64,000 nt of DNA from the NCBI GenBank assembly GCA_002269645.1, contig NIVC01003439.1:33454-97453 (forward strand), in the 5' to 3' direction. Both the position numbers and the translations under genes were made by a program. Positions 12,881 through 25,858 of this stretch are shown here, piece after piece (position 1 is the stretch's first letter; the number at the start of each line of letters is the position of its first letter). The stretch comes from Macrostomum lignano. Lineage: Eukaryota. The notes beneath the pieces are model-generated. The model was not told the DNA's origin, did no database searches, and was given only the letters and a program-made list of their open reading frames with translations.

Positions 12881-15800
12881 CCCACCCGAGTCCCAACTCA
12901 GGACCGGGCTGGGCTCCTTATCTAGATCCTGTATCTAGCTCGAACCCTAAAACCGTCAGCGCTCACATTTCATTAGCAAGCTCAGCTGGGATAGGGACCG
13001 GCTCCTCTCTAAGCAAAGGAACCAAAAGCTCTAATAATTTCCCCATCCTTGTTATTCTCCCACAGCCAGACTGACTCGCTAATTGAATTCGTGATACTTA
13101 GGCTTAGTCGTTTCCCTCGCCTTGCTTTTTTGCCAACTCCTCCTGCATTCATTTCTTTTTTCTTTGAGCGTAAAAGCAAAAGCAGAAGCAGAAGCAGAAG
13201 AAAAATGGCTGCCCATACATAGAAAAATTGGACGCAGCACAATTCCTATCCAATTCTATGCAATCTACATATAATAATAATAGATGAAATGGAGGAATAC
13301 CAGCCGCCCAAGCCTCAGAGAATACTCTATTCTAAGGCATAGCAAGGCTTTACAAGCTGTCTCAGTGTTTGCAGGAAATTCAAAGAGGCAAAAGAATTGA
13401 CGACTTTAAAAGATGTTGTACAGCAGATAAAAAAAGATCTAAAGGCCTCCCTCCCCATATTTGCGCAAAGTCAGAGAGCTGTCCAAAAAATAGGTGGATT
13501 TGGTGAGAGGATTCTAAGAAAGATAAGGGACACGGGATAGGAATTATAGGATCTTGGGGTACAGGGAAGGGATAAGGGATGATTTGGCCGACCACCCACT
13601 GAGAAGTTGGAGCTTACTGCTTAGATAAGGAATCTGTACTATAACTTAGCCTTACCTATCTGCCTACCTGCATCTAATTTAATGACTTTTTAAAGCATCT
13701 GTATCTGTAGCCGGAGCCGGAGAAAGCATCTGTAGCCGGAGAACAGCACTCATTAGCCATGACACAATTCTCATTCAGCTCACCTCTCTTATATGTTATG
13801 CGGGTTTGCACGGTTTGGTTGGCTGGCTTGGTTGGTTGGTAACCCGAGACTTAGGGCCGCCACTCGGCCTCACCCATTGTTAGTTTAGAGTTTCGCTCTC
13901 AACCTGGACCCCGCCGATCTAGGGGAGTCGGGGGCCACGAGGGGATGGATGTCTGGGAGACGGGCATAGGGTGGAAATCGATCTTTAGCAATGCATAATA
14001 GAGGACTAAAAATAGGGAAATATATCTCGAGGCGAAATAGGCAACCAAGTTCCCTTAGCAACTATAAATTCGAAAGAAACAGTGAAACTGTTTAACTATA
14101 CAATCACCAAATGGGATTCAATTATTCGTTCAATCTGTGTCCCGAGCTAGCTAGTGACGTCACCAGACTCATACATAGCATGCAATAAACACGTGATATT
14201 GAACTATTTATTGTCAAAAAATCTTACTTATTGAACTCTTGAATCAGTCGTTTGTCCAGAATGTTTTTCTCCGGTTCCCAGGTGCTGTCCCTGTTGAAAA
14301 AAATTAAAACAAACAAATATATTAATTTTGGTTATTATTAGCATAGCAACAGCATTTAAACAGGTATAATAAACATTGTTCACTTACTTGACCGACCAGC
14401 CTTTCCATTTTACCAGGTACTCTGTGCGACCCTGCGTAAGCAAAAGAGAATATAAACATTGATATTGATAATTAATGGAAATTATATTTTTAATAAATCG
14501 GTAAATAAACTAGATTTAAAAAGCATTAATGGAGCCATAGCCTAAAGTAGGAAAGAATCGATGTTCCAGTTAAATTGATAATGAATGATGACTCAAACTT
14601 GGTCAGTCAGTTATATAAGTCTACTAGATTATAGAAGGCATGCACGGAAGGCGGATCGATAGGATCAAGGGAGATTTCCGAAGTGGAGAAGAGAGGCTCG
14701 CCTATACAGCATCAGCTGAGAGGTAAATGAGAAGACAGCAGAGAGAGCCCAATGGCTTGATGAGGTATAAGGCTGTTCTATCAGCTCCCACGAGGACGGG
14801 GCGAAGTCTCATTAGATAGCAATATATAGGAAGAACTCGACTGCTTCTGTGTGGGCACGAATCCCTCATGAGTATATGATTATATATACGGGAGTTATTT
14901 ATTCTAATGGCATCTAAAATAAATGTACTTCATTCGTGCGACAGAGGCTCCTCCCGGGATGTTTCTTTGGGATATTGGATATTAGCCGCTACTCACGAAT
15001 CTATAGCTGATTTGAAATATCTTGAGAGGTAGTCAGCTGACCCCCCCCCCTCGTGGTGACGCTTTGCCTCCCATGAAGCCACTATACACAGAGCAGCATT
15101 ACTATGCTTGTTTTTAAATAGGAAACTGTGCATGCATCATCGAGACTGTAGAAAATAGAAATAGGGTTAGTCCCAATTTTTCCCCCGATTTCCGTTTCCT
15201 TAAAACCGCTTTCTTTGTCAGTTTTCATTTCATTTAATTTTTTCACTTGTAGAATCCATAAAGCTAAGCCACCCTATTGGGTAGAGTCCTTCCTACTTAT
15301 ACAATATCCAGGGGAGAATGAGTGTTGAAAATCTAACGGTTGGAACGGAAATTGGGTGAACGAAACAATGGGAGAAGTCAGCCAGTGGGGGATAAGAGAG
15401 AGGGAGAAAGAGAGGGAAAAGTGAAGCGATTTAACGTGAACGAGAAAACTGAAGTATTATTTCTAAGCAAACAGACAGAAATGAAACAGAACAGGCAGAA
15501 CCAGTCGAACCACGACAGGTGAAAGTGAGATACGGCATGCGGGGAACAAAGCGAAATTTTGGCCAGCCGAGAAGCTGTGTTTAAGGCGTCATCACCCAGG
15601 CTAGGGAATCGTGTACTGTGAGCAGCAATTCAATCTAATACATATGAAAAAAACACAGATATATTGGCCATAGACAGGACTTGCCCAGCTGTTAGGCGTC
15701 GAACTTGATTCGGAGAGGAGAGGGGGTGGAATTAGAAAAGGGATATTATACATAAGGGTATATGGACTGGGGGCAGAGGGGGCTGGGGCTGGGCCCAGCT

Positions 15801-18800
15801 GTGGGTGTTCGCGGCCTGGTGAATGATGCAATCTGTCTGCAGCTATCCCTATGGCTATGCCACACACACAGTTCCGGCTCCTATACACTAAATAGGGTCT
15901 GCGGTGGTTCACAGAGGAGGGGAGAGGAGAGACCCAAGGGCAGAAGTTCGAAACTAAGTTCGGAACTAAATACAATAAAATGAATTTCAATGCGTGCAAG
16001 CCAACGTGAAAAGCTCCGGCTGGGTGGCGATGACGTAACCGCACCACACACCAGGGGTATGCGCGCACATCAACACAAAATGGAGGAGGGAGTTTCTACA
16101 CTCTAAACAGACTGACTATATACGAACCGGACCCATCCATTCACCCCCACCCTGTGACAATCAGTCCCCGGGCACCGGGCACCTGGCACTTAAAAATTCC
16201 TTTCCAATAGACAATTAACAGAACTATACTATATTATATACACTATACTATACTAATGAATACTATATATGCGTTGACAAAATATACGAGAAAGTGAAAT
16301 TCTAGGAACTGAAGGATATTATAGGCGAATGGAGGGTCCATACAGAGCTTACTCTTTAAGCTGTCCCCACAGCACGGGGACTTCCTTCATTCCCTCTGCA
16401 GTTCTCTCCTAAATGTATACTCGAAATCCCAAGCCTACTACAGCTCAAACTCCCATTGCCTCCCAGCCCGTCTGTCTGTGAGCTGCATTGAGCAGGGGGT
16501 GAGCTGAGGCCGAGGGGAGGCTTCGGAACCGAAGTTGAGGAAGGGAAGGCATGCAATGCACGTTCGGGATCGGGGAGGGGTAGAGATGTACTCTACTCTC
16601 TTAGTCCCCTATCCCCCTCCGTCCCCTGTCCGCGCCCCCCTTCAGTCTTCCCCTTTCCCTTTCATTCGTGTGCGTTTGTGGCAACTGACTGGCAACAACT
16701 CAAAAAAGGAACGAGATTTAGACCTGGTCCTGAAGTGAACGAGTGTGCAGAGTGTATGCCATAAAGCAGACACTATATTAAAAAATACGTGAACACAATA
16801 AATAATTATGACGAGATTGGATGCATCGATATCGATTTAAACAAGGACTGCTGAGAATTCCGAATTTACCACGCTCCAATCACTTCGCTGCACATCGGAG
16901 CTCGGAGGTTCGAACATTGATGAATGATGGAGATAGATAGATAGTCATGCGAACAAGGGGACCTAGCGGCTCTAAGTCCCAGAACATGGAGGGACGGACA
17001 GTTCTGTCTATAAGGGTGGGCCTGAATAAACAAAATGGAAAGCCGCAGGGGGTTACATAGGCCTATATAACTAAGCACCAAGCGGAACAAGTTCGGGTCT
17101 AGGAGAACAAGGACCCCATACGAATTTCTTTGTTCTTCTGGCCGCTATTTGCTGCTCCTGCTAGAACATTCTGCAACATACTTCATCGTTCCTATTCCAG
17201 TCTCCCATTACGTGGGGCCCCCTTTCACTAACAGATGCAGGCTTGAAACAGACAGGTCGGTAAAATGTATCGGACGTGACAAAGTCCCGCATTAGGAATA
17301 GGATCAGATCCTTTCTAAAAAGCAGACTAGAGTAGAGTTTGGATGCCGACCGAATGCCGATTCTGTACTGTACTGTGTTGCGTAACTTGTTGCAATTTTT
17401 CTTCTTTTTTGGATCACATATTAACCTCATATAATAATGAAACGTAAAACCGATAGACAAAATCAGTGTCAAAAACAAATTAAAGCAGAAAATAATAAAG
17501 TATACGCAGTCATAATGAAACTTACTGAACGAACTCGCTTGTCTAGCAGTCTGTCAGCGCTGTAAACGTCGCTCATGATGCTGATTGTTATATTCTCTAC
17601 AGCAGTCGAATCGGAGAAAATAGAACTTGGACAAATTTATTTAGGGTCGTCTTTTAAGATAAAAATATACGTATACGAATCACCTAATACTAAAATCAAG
17701 GAGAATAAAAATGGGGGAAAGGAGGCTTAACTAAACTCTTCGAGGCAGCAGGCCTAATGCTAAAAGGGGGGCTTGGCGTGCCGTGCCTCTCTCTGCCTAC
17801 ACTGGGCCGGTGTGTGCGGTGTGCTTTGGTGAGACTCTGGCGGGCTGAATAAAATCAATAGGGCCAGTGAACGCCTATATGAAGGGTAGAACCGGGGAGG
17901 GGTGGGTACCGCTTGGGGAGGGGTGAGAAAGTGGGGGTGGGTGGTCCAACCCTTTATTTCACCGTCAACCCCCCTTCCACTGCCTTTTCCACAAATTTTC
18001 GTTGCGGCTCTCCTTCAACCCAAGCCCAATTGGGTCTCAGCGGGCGCTCCACGGGCCAAAGCGGGGGGCCGGTTCGTCCTTCAAGGCGGTGGAGAATTTT
18101 GGTTGGCTGCTCTGCCGTCGTGGCGGTTGGGGCGGGTGGCGCGAGAGCCTGGCGGGCTCTGAACGCACATTTAGACCCTATGACTTGAAACAAGTTTATT
18201 GACGCTATGGCTGGCGCTGTCGGGGCGGGGCGGGGGTAGAAAAATTGTGGGTGTAGGACGCTAGCGAGATTTTGCCGGAGCAAGCGAATGAGAGAAATGG
18301 GGTGGTTGACCCAGGAGAGGGGTAGACAGATAGGAGAGGGTGGCTATGCGAGTGAGGGGGGCTTTTGCCCCATTAGTTTGGAGGGACTGGGCCATCCAAC
18401 CCCCAACCTCGTTGGCCAAAAAGCTGCGGGGCTTGAATTTAGTGAATACAGAAGAGCTTTCCAAAATATTCTTCGTTCCAAAGGCCCCTAGCCCGCTCCG
18501 CCCCACCCCACTCCGCCTTCATCCAAACACACGGTCAGCCCTCCCTCTCTCACCACGCCACCCACATTGCAGCCCTCTTGCAGGCTCCCCTGACAGACCG
18601 GGAAGTGAGCGCAGGGCGGGGCGGGGGAGGGAACGCAGGCGGGTTGGCATGGATATGTGAAAAAAGGAAGGAAGCCAAGTAAAGGAGGGGGCTGCGTGTG
18701 AAGGCTTTAGTGTGTTGGGGAGGTGGGTTTGGCAAGCCAACCAAAGTAAACAGCTGCGGAGCGAGAGAGAAAAGGCTTGTGTAGGAAGGGTAAAACCGGG

Positions 18801-19865
18801 CTGGATAGAAAAAAGACTGAACGAGGCAAACCGACGAGCCCCTCGCAGCTAGGAACGAGCTTGCGCGTGTGGCCTGCGCGCGCGAAGGCCACCCGCTCCC
18901 CCTCCCCAATCGCCTGCCCCCCTCCCGGGGACGGAGCGGAGTGGGGAATTCGGTAAGGGAGACAGGACTCCTTCTCTACCCCTCCCCGCTCTGTCTGTCT
19001 ACTGCGGAATTTGCGCTTTAGTCGACGGGTCTAAACCTAAACCTAAAGCAAAGTAAGCAATCGAAGGAAAGGCGTTGGGACAGGAGGACGATTCGAGGGA
19101 AAAGGAGGCCTCCCCCGTGTGTGTGATACTGATAAGGCGAGTTGAATATGCGAAAATAGGTTAAAAAGACAGTGGCAACGTGGCGTCGTCAATTTAATGG
19201 TGTAGGAAGAATTGCTACAGCATAAAATTAATAGTTTATAAAATATAGATAATGCATCAGAGTCCTGTGATGCTCAAACAGAGCGATCCAATTGCTTGCA
19301 AAGTAACCATATCCGGGAACTGGGGCACATGAGACCCTTAGCCAATTTTTTTGACTAGCGAAATCTCATGGGGCTGTGCTGGCTTGGCAAAGTTTGCAGT
19401 GTGTGCTCAAGGATTCAAGATTGAGCTCTCATTATTGAGCTAAACAATTTCTTTTTGTTAATGAAGCCGCCTTGCTTTGAAGAGCATAAAAACCCCTGAA
19501 CTATACTTAACGAACTGATTTATTGCTGGGGAATGGCGATTTCGTCTATTCATTGAAAAGTACGAGCATCTACTTCAAGTAGTGAGGATTTTTGTTACAT
19601 TGCGGTACCTTAGAAGTGTTAACTAAATATTTAATGAATTGGAGTCGCTCCGTAATACGTTTCCGCAGGTGTGATGACAATCGTGGCATGTTTTTATCCA
19701 TTATAATTAGGCTTAGCCAACAATGTTGATAGTGTTAATTGTTATTTGCGTCATTGCTTTCGAAAAAGTAATATATCATACATCACTGGATCAAACAGAA
19801 TGCATCAAATAAGTTAATTAGATAATTCGTTATATTCCTGATAGCTCGTATTCAATATAAATTGT

Positions 19866-20340
19866 CAGAGGCGTCCATCCTGACAGAAAATGGAACTGTC
19901 AGAAGCGATGAGTCAATTTTCAATCCTGACAGAAATTGGAATTGTCAGAAGTAAGGCATCATACTGACAGACAATGGAAGTGTGTATCAGAAGCGAGGCG
20001 TCAGTACTGACAGACAGTGGAAGTGTCAGAAGCGAGGCGTCAGTACTGACAGACAGTGGAAGTGTCAGAAGCGAGGCGTCAGTACTGACAGACAGTGGAA
20101 GTGTCAGAAGCGAGGCGTCAGTACTGACAGACAGTGGAAGTGTCAGAAGCGAGGCGTCAGTACTGACAGACAGTGGAAGTGTCAGAAGCGAGGCGTCAGT
20201 ACTGACAGACAGTGGAAGTGTCAGAAGCGAGGCGTCAGTACTGACAGACAGTGGAAGTGTCAGAAGCGAGGCGTCAGTACTGACAGACAATGACTGACTC
20301 ACTTCTGTCAGTCAGAAGTGAGGCGTCAATCCTGACAGGT
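19866..20340. repeat. 39-bp minisatellite with internal palindrome
   Basis: Unit GTCAGAAGCGAGGCGTCAGTACTGACAGACAGTGGAAGT, containing the palindrome GTCAGTACTGAC. Confidence 0.95.
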
Positions 20341-20743
20341 ATTGGAGGTGTTAACCTGACAGGTATTAAAAGTGCCCAAAATTCTGCCTGACAATCACAT
20401 ACATATCTTGTCTGTGACGACTCTTTGATCTTGAATAGCAACTGCATGCAGCTAAAAATCTAGTCTCATTTATATGCGGATTATATCAGAAGGAAGGAGT
20501 GTCAGGCCGTACTAGAATGGACAGGTTTTGAAGTGTGCCATTTGGCATTTGGCATGCATGAAAAGATTGAATTTCTCGCATTTATTTCTATATAGCTATT
20601 TATATGCCACACAACGAATCGGGCATGAACAATGGGGTGTGCGGCTATGATCCACTCGAAGATCCGTATGTCCTGTCGCGTCCTGTCCCGGCCACGTGCA
20701 GCAGTGCCCTGTGCCCATACGAGCGTATCCTGCATGCTATGTA

Positions 20744-21667
20744 GTGCGTCCACAAAGTTCTTAGACACCCTTCCTATCTCTGCATCTGTTCAATCGATTT
20801 TTATAAAAATCAACACAAACATGGACCAATGTGTAATGAATTCAGTGCTAAAGTTTCAGCTTAATGGGGTTGACAGAGCAAAAGCAATCGATCATTTACT
20901 GAGGAACCAACGAAATTAGCAATACTATTTTAAACTCAACAAAATATAAAAGTTAACGAGCAAACAGTTCAAACTGACAAGTTCCAGAACTTCAAAAACA
21001 GATCACCAATCGTGAAAATCATCAGAAGAATCTTCATTCCGTCGAATGCACTTGTCATATCGCATCGGCAACTCCTCATCCTCAATCCACGCCGATCACA
21101 TATCCCCTAGGTGTCGCTCTGATCAGCCCCTCAGCAGCCGCTTACAGCTCGGGGAAGCTGGCGAACCGCTGGCCTCTTGGACTCATCCTGCGTGCTGAAT
21201 CTGCTCAGATTGAACTCGTCTCCCAGAGCTGAAATTGCCGCCCTTTGTTGCAAGCAGACTTCGTATAGGCGATTCTTCTGACTCTGAATCTGAATCTCTG
21301 CGCACTCTGCGTTCTTTTTTGCTCTTTAATCTATGGCTAAACCTTCACAGCTTGCATTAGTATTAAATCAATTAAGGTATTTATCAATACTCAGCGAAAG
21401 CAGTGATATTTTGCTGATTAATTTTCAGACAATGCGCTGCAATGTCACCACTGGAGTCCAGATTCGATGCTCTTCAAATATCGTATTGCTAATTTCGTAG
21501 GTTCCCCAGTAAATGATCGATTGCTTTTGCTCTGTCAACCCGATTAAGCTGAAACGTTAGCATTGAATTCATTACATATAGGCCCATACTTGTGTAAATT
21601 TTTATAAAAATCTGTTGAACAGATGCAGAGATAGGAGGAGGGTTGTCTAAGAACTTTTTGGACGTAC
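20744..21667. mobile_element. Non-autonomous TIR element with ~180-bp inverted arms and TA flanks (Tc1/mariner-like)
   Basis: 20744-20926 is an imperfect reverse complement of 21482-21667. TA lies at 20742-43 and 21668-69. Confidence 0.8.
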
Positions 21668-22069
21668 TAAGGTATATATTTTCTAAAATTCATGCATTAC
21701 ATTAATATATATCATATTTATCTCTTCAATATGAAATATGTATATATGAAACCTACAAAATTTTCTTCTATAGTGCAGGATGCATGCAGACTTTGAAAGA
21801 AAAATCGTAGTGTAGGCCTTCATGGACTGAGTGTTGCAGTCTATCAGCAATCAATCAATCTGTATTCTTTTTCGATAGCCACACTGTACACTGACTTCTC
21901 TTTCCTGCACGTATTTCGACTCTTCAAAGCCCCCAAATTAATTTATCTATACTATTGGGCCCCAAAATTTTTAGAGCAACTAAACAAACTTTACGGTCTT
22001 CACTATCAACAGGAAATTTCACAAACCCCTTTAAGCCCGTTAAGCTTAACCGCCCCCATTAAAGCTTCA

Positions 22070-22570
22070 CAATACCCATTAAAGCTTCACAATACCCATT
22101 AAAGCTTCACAATACCCATTAAAGCTTCACGATCCTCATTAGCCTCTTCATAATCCTATTAAACTATTCACAATCTCACGCTGAAACTTCACAATCCCAC
22201 ACTGAAGCTTCACAATCCTATTAAACTCTTCACAATCCTATTAAACTCTTCACAATCCTATTAAACTCCTCACAATCCCTATTAAACTCTTCACAATCCT
22301 ATTAAACTCTTCACAATCCTATTAAACTCCTCACAATCCCTATTAAACTCTTCACAATCATATTAAACTCTTCACAATCCTATTAAACTCTTCACAATCC
22401 CACATTGAAGCTTCACAATCCCTATTAAACTCTTCACAATCCTATTAAACTCTTCACAATCCCACACTGAAGCTTCACAATCCCTATTAAACTCTTCACA
22501 ATCCCACACTGAAGCTTCACAATCCCTATTAAACTCTTCACAATCCCACACTGAAGCTTCACAATCCCCA
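22070..22570. repeat. 21-22-bp minisatellite
   Basis: Units CCTATTAAACTCTTCACAAT and CCCACACTGAAGCTTCACAAT. Confidence 0.9.
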
Positions 22571-23269
22571 TTGAAACGTCACATAAATGTTATTTAAAAG
22601 GCGGTCAGGCTTCGCAGGTAAAAACACGATGGCCCTCATAATGCATATAGCTATGAAGAGAATTTCTCTCCAATATAACATAGCGTGTCCCGCTTTGCAT
22701 CTCAACGACCTGCACCCATGAAAGAGAGGCGGGCAGGGAGGCACGCGCAGCCCCCCCCCCCCCCCTGTCTCCTATAGCGAGCAAGCAGGCATGCATGGCG
22801 AAGGCGAGACGTGCACACAGCTGTAGCACTTGCAGCACTGCCGGAGTGAAATGTATGTACACATGCACTGTGGGACAGGGGAGAGGGGAGAGAGAGATAG
22901 AGAGACTGGCATGGGAAGCAAGCGAAGGGGCGTGGGAGAAGAGGAGAAAAGATTACAAGACAAGAAGGCGATCGATGGACAGCTTCTGTATACCCTCTCT
23001 GTATATTGAAACTAAGAAAGAAGGCTTGCAAGCATTTTTCCCTAATCGCGTGATCTTTAATATTGCCATGGGAGAAAAGGGAGAAAACAGTGCTAGCGCT
23101 GACTGGCCCCTAGTATTATATATTCTGTTTGTTACAAAGTAAGGATTATTTAAGAGTTAGCAAAAATAAAACGGTGCACAGCGGTGCACATGTAACATTG
23201 CAGTAATTGAGCACTGTAATACCAGTGAAAAGTGAATATGAATTCGATTTTTCCACCGGGGCGTGAGGA

Positions 23270-23670
23270 TCAGGATGTTGGGATCGGGGATCAGGGTGTG
23301 GTAATCGGGGTGTGGGAATCGGGGTGTGGGAATCGGGGTGTAGGGATCAGGGTGTGGGGATGAGGGTGTGGGGATGAGGGTGTGGGGATCAGGATGTGGG
23401 GATCAGGGTGTGGGGATCAGGGTGTGGGGATCAGGATGTGGGGATCAGGGTGTGGTAATCGGGGTGTGGGAATCGGGGTGTGGTAATTAGGGTGTGGTGA
23501 TCAGGGTATAGGAATCATGATGTAGGGGTGTGGGAATTAAGGTGTGGGGATCAGGATGTGGGGATTAGGGTTTGGGAATCAGGGTGTGGGAATTAGGGTG
23601 TGGGAATCAAGGTGTGGGGATCAGGGTTTGGGGATTAGGGTGTGGTAATCGGAGTGTGGGAATCAGTGGT
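23270..23670. repeat. 14-bp G-rich minisatellite
   Basis: Unit GGGATCAGGGTGTG and variants. Confidence 0.9.
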
Positions 23671-23772
23671 ATGAGAATCAAAAGAGTATTATATTAAAAA
23701 ATTACGCATCCGTCCATTTTGGATGGGTTAAATAAATATGCGAGCTCATTTATAGTTGACCAAATACACAAC

Positions 23773-24020
23773 TGGGGCAGAGCAGTTCGGCGGTAACCGC
23801 GTCTGACTCTCAAGCCATGGCCCTTGGTTCGATTCTGCGCGCGGTCCCGCATTCATTTGGGCTTGTGTGCACGAACATTGGCTACTGCGATGCACACCGA
23901 CGTATGAAGGCCAAACCCCCAAGGCACAGTGTACATGCCTGACGATTAGAAAGTCAGGGCTGCTGTACACCCTCAGTGCTGTGCCTGTGTACAGTATTGA
24001 CGCGCTTGCGTGTGCTCAAG
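23773..24020 (+). mobile_element. tRNA-derived SINE, copy 1
   Basis: A-box-like TGGGGCAGAGCAGTTCGG, then GCGTCTGACTC and B-box GGTTCGATTCT (23826-36). About 250 bp is homologous to 34828-35080 on the minus strand. Confidence 0.8.
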
Positions 24021-24179
24021 AGTCAGCGGAATGGCCAGAATTGCCTCAGTGCTGCTTGTGGGACAATGTCACCGAGAGCTCTGCACCAGGGTGCCCACAG
24101 CCCTCCTGCGAGTATTATTATCAAGATGAAGAACAGCTCAATGATCGACGAATGGCCGATTTTAAGGTCGTTCTGTGAC

Positions 24180-24690
24180 GGGTGATTCTGGGAAGTTTGT
24201 AGGAAATAGTTGAAGGACGGGTGATTATGGGAAGTTTGTAGGAAATAGCTGAAGGGCCTGCTGATTCTGGGAAGTTTCTAGGAAATAGTTTAAGGACGGG
24301 TGATTCTGGGAAGTTTCTAGGAAATAGTTTGAGGACGGGTGATTATGGGAAGTTTCTAGGAAATAGTTGAAGGACGGGTGATTATGGGAAGTTTGTAGGA
24401 AATAGCTGAAGGGCCTGCTGATTCTGGGAAGTTTCTAGGAAATAGTTTAAGGACGGGTGATTCTGGGAAGTTTCTAGGAAATAGTTTGAGGACGGGTGAT
24501 TATGGGAAGTTTCTAGGAAATAGTTGAAGGACGGGTGATTATGGGAAGTTTCTAGGAAATAGTTTGAGGACGAGTGATTATGGGAAGTTTCTAGGAAATA
24601 GTTTAAGGACGGGTGATTATGGGAAGTTAAGTTTCCTAGGAAATAGTTAAAGGAAAGGACGGGTGATTACGGGAAGTTTCTAGGAAATTG
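24180..24690. repeat. ~39-bp minisatellite
   Basis: Unit GGGTGATTCTGGGAAGTTTCTAGGAAATAGTTTAAGGAC. Confidence 0.93.
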
Positions 24691-25858
24691 TTTAAGGGTG
24701 GAGTCTGGAAAATTTCCTTAAAAATGGTTCTAGGGCTGATTCTATAGATTTTTATGACTACCATCAACGAAATAATTTATGTATGAGCGTAGTTCGTATA
24801 CGAGTCGTATTGGTCAAGTTAAAGCAAATTTCGAGCTCTATCTTTAAAGCAAATTATTTATAGGAAAGCTTGAATATTGATATACTCGTATCTACAAGCT
24901 CAGCTTCAGATTAAATCTGGGTGGCAAACAATCTCTTGCTTGTCCGCCTTTTATTTTTACCGTATTTAACTATGAAAAATATACACACCTGCAATGGAAA
25001 TGCACTCAGCAACATAATTTTAGTTTCCACCACGAAACCAGTTCATGAGGACTGAGAACTGAGAGTGGACCAAAGCTAGAGGGCTTTGTGACGCAAATTG
25101 CATCACCCACAGTTGAGACGAAAACCGCGGGCGTGTTGCGAATTGCGTCATGCACTTGGTGCTGAAGAGCCGGGAAAAGTTGACCACTGGAAACTTTAAC
25201 GTATTGCTTCTACGAGTATTGTAATCTACGAGTATAGTGATGTTTTCAAGCTTTGAATTACTATAAAAATATGCCTTTATGGATTTGTTGAAAATCAAAT
25301 TGCTGTGAAGCGGGCGCCAAATCAGCTGGCAAGGGGCGCCACAGCTGCTGTGAAAAGGGCGCCAAAATCAGCTGACAAAGGGGCGCCACAGCTGGTGTGA
25401 AGGGGCGCCATAGCTGCCATTTCCTCCGTTATACTAATATTAAGGCTTCTAACTTAATTATAGGGATTGTAGCCTATGAAATTGCCCCTTCAAGTTCCCA
25501 TTAGGTGGCTGTCACAATCCCGAAAGTGTCCTATCACCATCCACGTAATAATGATCTTTAATTAGATCCCATTATCCAAGGTGTTGATCTTATTCTTATG
25601 GAGTAAATGTGACTTGAACGATGCGAAGTTTCGAAATTTTGAAATTTTAACGATGTGATTTATAATGATTCTCGTAAAGAGCTTTGTAGAGGGAGGGTGC
25701 AGGCTGGGTTTATTACTATTGGGATTCTTTAGCTTTCAAGACTTCTATCAATTGTCAAATCTGAGTAATCTGTAAACATGGAGTCTGCAGACTTATGAAA
25801 ACCTCCGTAGGTCAGAGAGGCTCCAGGTAGAGATGCCGGCGATTTTGAATGGTTAGAC

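Noticed and set aside
13380-13595. Minus ORF with QIWGGRPLDLF, resembling the DIRS RNase H motif WG...DLFA
   Set aside because: The motif is short and isolated, with no RT or tyrosine recombinase remnants or split terminal repeats nearby.
23773-23845. Functional tRNA gene (also 35010-35080)
   Set aside because: No complete cloverleaf or acceptor stem is present, and both copies continue into a shared non-tRNA body typical of a SINE.
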